DNA of 59,762 bases, taken from positions 1 through 59,762 of IMG/VR virus record IMGVR_UViG_3300037549_000080; one strand, 5' to 3'. The notes beneath the pieces are model-generated. The model was not told the DNA's origin, did no database searches, and worked only from the letters and a program-made list of their open reading frames with translations. Of the stretch, positions 1-7,563 are shown piece after piece. The DNA is from a virus (Duplodnaviria; Caudoviricetes). How positions within the stretch are numbered: the first letter of the stretch is position 1; every line of letters begins with the position of its first letter. Both the position numbers and the translations under genes were made by a program.

Positions 1-127
1 CGTCTAAGTTGATGCTTAATAATTCGTAGCCGTCGCGCTTCTCCATCACCTTATGCGGCATCTGCGCCAACATCCGGTCAATGCCAACCTTGCGGATTAA
101 CTCGCGGCGACGGTCAGCATTGGTTTC
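1..127. repeat. Terminal direct repeat, copy 1 (identical to 59636-59762); circular assembly overlap
   Basis: Exact 127-nt match to the end of the window; a gene reads through the junction in frame. Confidence 0.95.
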
Positions 128-1294
128 TTTCATCACGCTTTCAGGGTTGATTTTCTCGGCGGGTGTCAGCACCTGATCCGGCTCCATTGCCACGCCGTTC
201 AGGAAATATAATCCCCATCCGTCCGTGTGTGATAATGACTGCGAACCATCTTTGTGAAGCTGGCCGGTGGCATTGCGGTGAATTAGGCTCGGGCGCGAGC
301 CGACAATCACAATGTTTTTGAGCGGATAATAAAGCCCAATCTCAGAAGTCGCAGACCAGTCTTTCCATTTTGGGAGGCCGGTAACGCCGATGATTTCAGC
401 CGATTCAATCCACGAAAAATAGGATGAAGAATACTGCCCATCAAAGCAAGGCCAAACATAATCCTGTTGCTCGACCTGTTGCCCGACCTGCTGCCCGACC
501 TGCTGCTCGACCTGCTGCCTGACCTGTTGCTCGACCTGCTGCCCGACCTGCTGCCCGACCTGCTGCTCGACCTGCTGCCTGACCTGCTGCCCGACCTGTT
601 GCTCGACCTGCTGCCTGACCTGCTGCCCGACCTGTTGCCAGACCTGCTGCCCGACCTGCTGCACGACCTGTTGCCTGACCTGCTGCCCGACCTGCTGCCC
701 GACCTGTTGCTCGACCTGCTGCCTGACCTGCTGCCCGACCTGTTGCTCGACCTGCTGCCTGACCTGCTGCTCGACCTGCTGCCTGACCTGTTGCTCGACC
801 TGTTGCTCGACCTGCTGCTCGACCTGCTGCCTGACCTGCTGCACGACCTGTTGCCTGACCTGTTGCCTGACCTGCTGCCCGACCTGCTGCCCGACCTGCT
901 GCCCGACCTGCTGCACGACCTGTTGCCTGACCTGTTGCCTGACCTGCTGCCCGACCTGCTGCCTGACCTGTTGCTCGACCTGCTGCCTGACCTGCTGCCC
1001 GACCTGTTGCTCGACCTGCTGCCTGACCTGCTGCCTGACCTGCTGCCTGACCTGTTGCTCGACCTGCTGCCTGCCGGGCGAAAAAAGCACAACACCAAGC
1101 CAACACGCCAATGGTGAATCAAGAACAAGTATCGGCCTCGTTTCCTCTACACCGAATATCAGCTTATGAAAATTTCGGCAAATATCGCGGGTCCGATCAA
1201 TTCCAATGCCGCCGGTTGCAAGTCCGATTTTAAGCCACTTTTCTTTGCAGGATTCTAGCTGCTGTTCCTGTTTTTTTGTCAATGAGTTAATCAT
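1..1294 (-). CDS. DUF6745-like protein, 5' part; continues across the junction into 59484-59635 (about 481 aa total)
   Basis: Hand translation from ATG at 1294: MINSLTKKQEQQLESCKEKWLKIGLATG...(xQQV)n...YYPLKNIVIVGSRPSLIHRNATGQLHKDGSQSLSHTDGWGLYFLNGVAM...; in frame with ORF 59484..59708; ATG lies 2 nt after the upstream stop. Confidence 0.85.
   Translation of the reverse strand, partial: MINSLTKKQEQQLESCKEKWLKIGLATGGIGIDRTRDICRNFHKLIFGVEETRPILVLDSPLACWLGVVLFSPGRQQVEQQVRQQVRQQVRQQVEQQVGQQVRQQVEQQVRQQVGQQVRQQVRQQVVQQVGQQVGQQVGQQVRQQVRQQVVQQVRQQVEQQVEQQVEQQVRQQVEQQVRQQVEQQVGQQVRQQVEQQVGQQVGQQVRQQVVQQVGQQVWQQVGQQVRQQVEQQVGQQVRQQVEQQVGQQVGQQVEQQVRQQVEQQVGQQVGQQVEQQDYVWPCFDGQYSSSYFSWIESAEIIGVTGLPKWKDWSATSEIGLYYPLKNIVIVGSRPSLIHRNATGQLHKDGSQSLSHTDGWGLYFLNGVAMEPDQVLTPAEKINPESVMKETNADRRRELIRKVGIDRMLAQMPHKVMEKRDGYELLSINLD
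463..1073. repeat. Coding tandem repeat, about 51 x 12 bp (CCTGYTGCHYGA), encoding (G/E/R/V)QQV
   Basis: Strict 12-nt period from 463 to 1063. Confidence 0.95.
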
Positions 1295-1296
1295 AA

Positions 1297-1623
1297 TCAG
1301 TCAATTACCTGACGTTGCATTTTTTGGAAGTAATCGTATTCTTGAACGCGACCGACTTCCCATATTCCCGGCGAAAGCGTGATGGGTTTGTGTTCTTCAT
1401 GCTTGATGGTTGTCGTCTTTTCCAGCTTTAGCAGTAGGCGCTCGCCAATCTGGATGAGTTCTGCCTCGTCATCCTCAATGACATGACTGTGGCCGGATTC
1501 GCCGTGAGCTACCACCAGCCGTTTTGCGGCGATGATCTTTGCCTCGCCGTCTGGCATGGTTTTAAGTTTACGCAACAGGACATCGCCCTGCTGCGCGTTG
1601 ATTTTGGCTATTTTGTTTTTCAT
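1297..1623 (-). CDS. Conserved small protein typically found next to DUF6745 genes
   Basis: QQGDVLL, HGESGHSH, HEEH...PG.WEV.R..EYD...V.D motifs; adjacent to the DUF6745-like gene. Confidence 0.8.
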   Translation of the reverse strand: MKNKIAKINAQQGDVLLRKLKTMPDGEAKIIAAKRLVVAHGESGHSHVIEDDEAELIQIGERLLLKLEKTTTIKHEEHKPITLSPGIWEVGRVQEYDYFQKMQRQVID

Positions 1624-1635
1624 GTGTTTTTTTAG

Positions 1636-1731
1636 TTACTCCGCTAAATGTTTATTTCCATGTTCTATCAAAGGAAGATTAGCTAATGCTTTAGCAATCC
1701 TCCGAATCATCTCCGGCGTGGGTTGGTTCAT
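1636..1731 (-). CDS. Possible 31-aa peptide (MNQPTPEMIRRIAKALANLPLIEHGNKHLAE)
   Basis: Fills the gap between two genes on the coding strand. Confidence 0.35.
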   Translation of the reverse strand: MNQPTPEMIRRIAKALANLPLIEHGNKHLAE

Positions 1732-1735
1732 AGGG

Positions 1736-2347
1736 TTATTTCCTTTCATTTGCAAACCGTCCCCGCGCCGTGGCCGGCTGCGGGGCTTCTGGCTCAAGGC
1801 ACCGACTTACCTCCACCATCAGCTTCCGGCCGTTGGCGTTGCCTATCACCTTGAATATGTGCTTCAGGGTTTCACGCAGCACCGTTTCTGTTTTCATCGT
1901 TTCGGCTTTGCTTATGCCGACCTTGATGGCGGTGGTGTCGGCCCGCAGGTCGCCTGCTTCCAGTTCCACCTGACTGTGCCGGCACGCCTGCCGGGCCGTG
2001 CGTTCCAGCAGCTGCATGATGCGGTCACGTGGCCACAGAAGGTTTAATTTGAACGGCTGGTATCGTTCCATGACGCCCCGCAAAGGGTCTCCCACCCGCT
2101 CAAGGTCAACCTCGTACCCGTGCTGCTCGCCTATCAGGCGCATCAGGGCTGCCAGCGGCCGGTACGTGTCGCCCTTGGTGCCAATCATGCGGCTGATGTC
2201 CGCCCGGTTGCCGCGCCATGCGATGCTGATGATGGTGGAGAAACGCTTCGGGACAATCTCCAGGTCCTGCGGGTGGGCGATGAACTCGGTCACTAGGTCG
2301 CGCAGCAGCGCAGCTAGTTCGGTTTCAAATTTGGTGTCCTGATTCAT
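1736..2347 (-). CDS. KhpA-like KH-domain RNA-binding protein, apparently with a second degenerate KH repeat
   Basis: LV..FI.HPQDLEI...DISRMIGTKG (GxxG loop)...LMRLIG; the second half repeats the pattern without GxxG. Confidence 0.7.
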   Translation of the reverse strand: MNQDTKFETELAALLRDLVTEFIAHPQDLEIVPKRFSTIISIAWRGNRADISRMIGTKGDTYRPLAALMRLIGEQHGYEVDLERVGDPLRGVMERYQPFKLNLLWPRDRIMQLLERTARQACRHSQVELEAGDLRADTTAIKVGISKAETMKTETVLRETLKHIFKVIGNANGRKLMVEVSRCLEPEAPQPATARGRFANERK

Positions 2348-2396
2348 TTCGTTGTTAAATATCGTGTTGCTAGTATGGTGCCGGGTCTGTGATTGG

Positions 2397-2594
2397 TCAA
2401 TAGCCTTTGGGCCAGTCCTGCACGCGCAAATCTGCCGGCCATTCGGCAGGGTCGCCGCCTTTTTTGTCGCGCAGATTTACAAGCGCATAATTTGGACAGC
2501 CAGTTGCAAATTCGGTTCCAACGGGCCACCCATCAGGTGTTAGTTCATCAGTGGTTGGAAACGCGCCAAGTTGTTTGCAGAATGTCGCGGTCAC
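2397..2594 (-). CDS. Hypothetical protein
   Basis: ORF on the coding strand with GTGA overlap upstream. Confidence 0.55.
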   Translation of the reverse strand: MTATFCKQLGAFPTTDELTPDGWPVGTEFATGCPNYALVNLRDKKGGDPAEWPADLRVQDWPKGY

Positions 2595-3111
2595 TTCGGC
2601 TTCACCACTTTGACCGTGTCCTTTGGACCGATATGCACCAGCTCAAACGCCATGCCGGCCACCGTGTACCGGAACCGTTCGCTTTCTGCATGGCCTTGAC
2701 CAAGTTCTCCACGGCCGCGCCTTTCTCGTCCGTGGCTGAGTCCAGTTCGTCCACCGCCTTTTTCAGACGCACAGCCGCCTTGCCGATTTTGTCTTTGGGC
2801 GGGCCGACCTTGATTTTGATTTCCAACTGCTCGGCCGGTTTCGTGGGCTTGGCTGCCTTGCCCTTGCGGCTGAACTTGACGCCATTGGCGTTTCCGTCCA
2901 GCTTCGGCTTCACCGGGCTGGTGTCACCCAGCTGCCGCTTTTCCAGCGCCTCTTTCAGTTCGGCCGCCTTGGTCTTGGTGACCTTGACCGGCTTTTCTTT
3001 CAGTGCCCCGGCAACCTTAAGCGCCGGGCGTTTCGTTTCAGCCGGCGGATCCGGTGCGCCAGAGTACGGCGGGCTGATTTTTTCAACTGGCTTCAGTGTG
3101 GTCGTTTGCAT
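2591..3111 (-). CDS. Lys-rich hypothetical protein with an apparent frameshift near 2677
   Basis: MQTTTLKP start after an AC-rich leader; the -1 frame C-terminus RFRYTVAGMAFELVHIGPKDTVKVVKPK ends in a GTGA overlap with the next gene. Confidence 0.6.
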
Positions 3112-3163
3112 TGTCTTTCGTGTTCGTTGTTTCGTTTTTAATCCCGGCGACATTGCCGGAAAT

Positions 3164-4576
3164 TTAATCTGCGTGCGGTGGCTTGGTTTCCCGTGGCTCC
3201 GGGTTATCACCAACCTGTGCGCTCTCCATCCTAAATTGGTTGGCAAAGAATGTAAAGTTCACATCCCCCAGCGGACCGTCTTTGTTCTTGGCGATGATTC
3301 CGGTCACCTGCCTCAAGTCTCCTTCCCGCTCCGGGCAGTGCAGCAGCACAATCTTGTCGGCGTCAGATTCAATCTGGCCGCTCTGCCGCAGGTCATGCAT
3401 GCTCGGCCGCCGCACCTTGCCGCTTTTATCCGTTTCCATCCGGCTCAGGGCGCTGGTTACTATCACCGGCACGTTCAATTCCTTAGCTATGTTCTTCACG
3501 CACTTGCTGGCCGCCGTGACAATGGCAAAGTCGCTATCACCCTTGGCTTGGATGTTTTGCAGCATGTCTATCACAAACAGCCGGGCGCCATTTTGATAAT
3601 CCTGCCGGCAGCTGGCCACCAGCTGCGTGTCGGTCATCGCCTCGTCGGAAATTATCAGGCGCTCTTTCTGGGCGCTCACCATACTAACCGCCCGAATCAT
3701 CTTGTGCATTTCACTCTCAGTGGCCTGCCCGCGTAGAAACCCGCTGCTGTCAACCTTGCCCGCGTAGCATTGCAGCCGATGCACCAGCTTGGATGCGGAT
3801 GTTTCCAGTGACTTCAGGCTGACTATCTCGCCCCGCACCGCAATGTTGTACGCGATGTTCATGGCCAGCGTGGTCTTGCCGGCGCTGGGCGTGCCGCCTA
3901 TCACAATCATTTCCTGTGGCATACACCCACCGAGGCGGTAATCCAGGTCCCGGAAGTCTGTGGTCAGCCCGGCCACCGTCCCCGTCATCGCCTGTTCATA
4001 CGCCGCTATCAGCTTTTGCTGGATGCTGGACAGGTCAACGGTGCCCCGGCCACGGCTGAAGGTCTGCCGCACCGCCAGCACCGCCCGCTCTGTCTCACCG
4101 ATGAAGTCTTCCACGGTGCCCAGATTGTCATACGCTTTGCCGACCGCCCCGGAGCAGGTGGTCAGCAGCAACCGCAGCAGGTATTTCTCACGGATGATTT
4201 CAAGGTAGTACGGCAGGTTGGCCGCGCTCGGTACGTCCTGCACCTGTGAAATGTAGGTTACGCCACCGACCTGTTCCAGCAGCTGCATGTCCTTCAGCTT
4301 GTCACACACCGCTATCAGGTCGCTGACCGGCTGCATGTCGCTGCGCATCTGCACCAGCACGTTGAAGATGGTCTGGTGCCGCAGGTCATAGAAGGCATTT
4401 ATGTTGTCGCCCAGTGACACAATGGTTTCGTCCAGTGCCTTTGGGTCCGTGAGGCAGCAGCCCAGCACGCCTTGCTCCGCCTCGGTGCTGTGCGGCGGCA
4501 GCCGGTCTAGCATGGTCGCAGCGGGCCGTTGCCGGCGGGTGCGTTTCAAATCTATCGGGTCACTTATACTTTGCAT
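3164..4576 (-). CDS. dnaB: Replicative DNA helicase
   Basis: DRLPPHS.EAEQGVLG N-domain; Walker A GGTPSAGKT; LRQSGQIESDADK; IAKNKDGP. Confidence 0.93.
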   Translation of the reverse strand: MQSISDPIDLKRTRRQRPAATMLDRLPPHSTEAEQGVLGCCLTDPKALDETIVSLGDNINAFYDLRHQTIFNVLVQMRSDMQPVSDLIAVCDKLKDMQLLEQVGGVTYISQVQDVPSAANLPYYLEIIREKYLLRLLLTTCSGAVGKAYDNLGTVEDFIGETERAVLAVRQTFSRGRGTVDLSSIQQKLIAAYEQAMTGTVAGLTTDFRDLDYRLGGCMPQEMIVIGGTPSAGKTTLAMNIAYNIAVRGEIVSLKSLETSASKLVHRLQCYAGKVDSSGFLRGQATESEMHKMIRAVSMVSAQKERLIISDEAMTDTQLVASCRQDYQNGARLFVIDMLQNIQAKGDSDFAIVTAASKCVKNIAKELNVPVIVTSALSRMETDKSGKVRRPSMHDLRQSGQIESDADKIVLLHCPEREGDLRQVTGIIAKNKDGPLGDVNFTFFANQFRMESAQVGDNPEPRETKPPHAD

Positions 4577-4635
4577 CGTTGTTTGTTGTTAGTGGCGCAA
4601 CCTTGGCAGGCTGCCCGGCCGCTGTCAAACCTTAC

Positions 4636-4866
4636 TCACTTAAAGTCGTTGTGGAACAGTACCCACACCGGCTTTATGGTCGGGTCTGCGTTGGTGGCAG
4701 TGACCTGTATCGGTGCGTTCAAAGGAAACCAGTTGGTTCCATCAAAGCTCACCTGCATTTGGATTTCAACGGTTTGATTTGTCACCGGACTCCTTCCATT
4801 GAGTAGTGGACTATCAATGTCAAAAGGGCGGCAATTATCGCTATTCCAACATTCCGTTTTTTTCAT
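4636..4866 (-). CDS. Hypothetical protein (QVSFDGTNWFP motif)
   Basis: ORF between initiator and helicase genes. Confidence 0.5.
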   Translation of the reverse strand: MKKTECWNSDNCRPFDIDSPLLNGRSPVTNQTVEIQMQVSFDGTNWFPLNAPIQVTATNADPTIKPVWVLFHNDFK

Positions 4867-4869
4867 AAA

Positions 4870-5748
4870 TTATTTTCCTGCCTTTTCGCGCAGCCATTTC
4901 TGGTACGCCGATGTGTACGTTTCAAATTGCCCTTGGCCCTCCCGGTCATTGCGGAACTGGGTCCGCTGCGGTGGCTTGGTGCGGGTGAATATCAGCGGGC
5001 CAATCTTAAACTCCGTCGCCGTCTGGTACGTGTACGCATTCGGGTCGTGCGGCTTTTGGGCCGGGGCCGTGGTGGAGACATACCCCTTTGGTTCGAACAA
5101 ACCTTGCCACCCATTCTCAATGGTCTGCCGGATTGATGCCTCTGCCTGCACCACGCCCATCTTTGCCAGTTTTTTGAGCTGGGCATCTATGGTGTACTCA
5201 TTGAGAGGATGCTTTATTATTTTCCGGTACTTCACCCAGTCAGCCCACGCCGCCCTAAAGTTTTCCGTGTCCAATGCCGCAGGCAAAACCACCGCCTTTA
5301 TTTCTTCTTTCTTTAATACTTTCTTTCTTGGGTCGGTTTCCCCGACTAGTTTTGGCCCTAACTGGTCGTTTTCCCCGACTAGTACTGGTCGGTTTCCCCG
5401 ACTAGTTACGGCGGGCAACTGGTCGGTTTCCCCGACTAGTTCACCCGGCTCCGGCAGCTTCTCAAGGTCAAGCTCATAGCAAAAACTCTGGCCGTGCGGC
5501 TTTCGCACCAGCCACCCTTTGGCCGTCAACGTCTTCAGTGCGTTGGAAACTGTTTCGCGGCTCAGGCCACAGCCCTGCTCAAAAAACGTCAGGCTCAGGT
5601 GGTGGCTGTTCCGGTGAAACCCAAAGGTGAACCGGCACACTAACATGGCCACCTTGAATTCTGGGTGCGCGAATTCATACATGCGGTCCAGCAGCAGGTT
5701 GGGTATCTGGGTATAATTTGGGTTAGGTAGTTTACTCATGGTAGGCAC
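4870..5748 (-). CDS. Phage replication initiator (lambda O-like)
   Basis: NYTQIPNLLLD...RFTFGFH...GLSRETVSNALKTL wHTH; C-terminal W..W..YR...SI.NGWQGLF; carries internal iterons; upstream of DnaB. Confidence 0.85.
   Translation of the reverse strand: MPTMSKLPNPNYTQIPNLLLDRMYEFAHPEFKVAMLVCRFTFGFHRNSHHLSLTFFEQGCGLSRETVSNALKTLTAKGWLVRKPHGQSFCYELDLEKLPEPGELVGETDQLPAVTSRGNRPVLVGENDQLGPKLVGETDPRKKVLKKEEIKAVVLPAALDTENFRAAWADWVKYRKIIKHPLNEYTIDAQLKKLAKMGVVQAEASIRQTIENGWQGLFEPKGYVSTTAPAQKPHDPNAYTYQTATEFKIGPLIFTRTKPPQRTQFRNDREGQGQFETYTSAYQKWLREKAGK
5295..5440. other. Replication origin: four 20-bp iterons plus AT-rich tract inside the initiator gene
   Basis: GGTCG(G/T)TTTCCCCGACTAGT at 5331, 5364, 5387, 5421; T-rich run at about 5298-5329. 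Confidence 0.85.
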
Positions 5749-5802
5749 AGTGGCAGGTTTGCCGGCAACGTCAATTTTATTGTCAATGCGGTGTTATCCG
5801 TA

Positions 5803-7482
5803 TTAGACAGATACCTCGTTGTAAAACGGGCTGGGCTTCTGACTCACCGGTTCCTTCACCCATTGCATCGTCCGTTTTTCTGCCATGGTTATGCAGCAGA
5901 ACTTTCGGGCTCGGGTGATGCCCACAAACGCCAGCCGCCGTTCTTCCTCAATGTCGGTGGCTTGCTTCATCGGGAACATGCCCTGCTCCCAGCCCGGCAG
6001 GAAGACGTTATCCCATTCCCGGCCCTTGGCTGAATGTATGGTGGTCACCACCACTCCGCTGCCTTGCTCCGGGGTGACCTGTTCCTTTTGCGCCAAAGCA
6101 AACTGCAATTCCAGCACTGTTGCCTCCGCCGGCAACCCGGCCACCACCTCAGCCACCCGTGCGATGCTTTCGCGCCCTATCCCGACCTGGCTCATGGCCG
6201 TGGTGACGTCAGCCACCTGCATGTTCGCAATGTGCAGCCAACGCTCATTTACACTTTGAAAGCTGTCACTGGCCTTGCGGCACATTTCCTCCGCCAGCGT
6301 CGGCCCCTTGAGCAGCGTCAGGAACCGACCGGCAATGCCGTCATTCTCCGGGTTTGTGAACAGTGCCACACAAGCCCGCGCCAGCGCCCAGTCGGGCGGT
6401 AACGTGGTTTTCGCCTTCGCCTGCACCTTGACGCCCATATTGACCAGCGCCGTGCGAAACTCGGCCGCGTGCCAGTTGGTGCGGCACAGGATGGCCACCT
6501 GCTCCGGTGGCAGCACGTACGTGATGTCCACCACGCTCTTGCACACCATGGCTGTTTCAATGCCGGCGGCCGGGAAACATATCTTCTCCACTTGGTCATG
6601 CTGCGTGTCGCCGGCGGCCACCATCAATTTTGGAATTCGATTTTTGTTGTGAGAAATAAGTTCATTGGCAGCCCCTACAATCACCGGACCGCTGCGGTAA
6701 TTTGCGTCCAGTGTCAGTAGCGTGGTCGCCGGGTTGGTTGCCTCGGCCAATATTATGCCCACATTGCCGCCGCGGAAACCGTAGATGCTCTGGTCAGGGT
6801 CACCCACGAAGAACCGGGTCACCACCGTCAGAGCGTCATATATCTGCGCGTCCATCGGGCTGCTGTCTTGATATTCATCTACTAGCAAGTGGTCATACCC
6901 TTTGGGGCACTGCTTCCAGTCAGTGGATTTAACTAGTTCCAGCCCCAGCTCGAGGATGCTGTCAAAGGTCAGGCAGCCAGTGGTCATCAGCTGGAAATAA
7001 AACTCGTACGCCACCAGTTCCTCAACCTCGGTGCGCTTCCAGCCCTTGCCCCGGTAGTACCCGACACCTTTTTTCACCGCCTGTTCAACCGCCGCCACCG
7101 GGCCACGGTAGTTTATCCGCTTGATGCACCGCGCCAGCAGCGCAGCCGCCTCTTCCTCGTCCAACACCGTCAGCCGGCGGGCGAGCCCGATGCACACACC
7201 ATACTTTTGCAACTGGCGAAGAATGAAGCCATGCAGCGTGCCAATGTAACCCAGCTTGACCGGGTCGCCGCTGTTCAGGCGCTGGTTGATTTCGTTGGCC
7301 GCTGCGTTGGTGAACGTGATGGCCACGATGTTTTCCGGCCGGGCACCGTTGCGCAGCAGGTGCCGAATGCGTTGGATGTACGTTGAGGTCTTGCCGCTGC
7401 CGGCCCCGGCAATGACCAGCAGGCGGCTGGATGCATGCTCGGCGGCTGCCCGTTGTTTTGAATTAAGTATTACGTTTTTCAT
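5803..7482 (-). CDS. UvrD/Rep/PcrA-family SF1 helicase
   Basis: AGAGSGKT, ITFTNAAA, LVDEYQD, VGDPDQSIYGFRG, NYRS, TIHSAKGREW, EERRLAFVGITRAR. Confidence 0.95.
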   Translation of the reverse strand: MKNVILNSKQRAAAEHASSRLLVIAGAGSGKTSTYIQRIRHLLRNGARPENIVAITFTNAAANEINQRLNSGDPVKLGYIGTLHGFILRQLQKYGVCIGLARRLTVLDEEEAAALLARCIKRINYRGPVAAVEQAVKKGVGYYRGKGWKRTEVEELVAYEFYFQLMTTGCLTFDSILELGLELVKSTDWKQCPKGYDHLLVDEYQDSSPMDAQIYDALTVVTRFFVGDPDQSIYGFRGGNVGIILAEATNPATTLLTLDANYRSGPVIVGAANELISHNKNRIPKLMVAAGDTQHDQVEKICFPAAGIETAMVCKSVVDITYVLPPEQVAILCRTNWHAAEFRTALVNMGVKVQAKAKTTLPPDWALARACVALFTNPENDGIAGRFLTLLKGPTLAEEMCRKASDSFQSVNERWLHIANMQVADVTTAMSQVGIGRESIARVAEVVAGLPAEATVLELQFALAQKEQVTPEQGSGVVVTTIHSAKGREWDNVFLPGWEQGMFPMKQATDIEEERRLAFVGITRARKFCCITMAEKRTMQWVKEPVSQKPSPFYNEVSV

Positions 7483-7504
7483 ATTAGTTGTTCGTTGTTA
7501 AATT

Positions 7505-7540
7505 GGCCGCCCGGTGTCGCTGTCGGTTCGCCGGGCGGCC
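7505..7540. terminator. GC-rich hairpin (terminator or 5' stabilising stem)
   Basis: GGCCGCCCGG...CCGGGCGGCC inverted repeat between genes. Confidence 0.55.
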
Positions 7541-7563
7541 TTTAAGCAGTCGTAGCTTTTACA

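Noticed and set aside
463-1073. Possible CRISPR array
   Set aside because: Contiguous 12-mers with no unique spacers; coding; no cas genes
307-1128. ORFs 307..1128 (SRSG), 441..1106 (AAGR) and 467..1117 (LPDL)
   Set aside because: Shadow frames of the 12-bp repeat; the xQQV frame has a proper start and conserved flanking domains
2393-3736. Long plus-strand ORFs (for example 2393..3736, 31602..32798, 42865..44211)
   Set aside because: Antisense shadows of GC3-rich minus-strand genes, with no motifs
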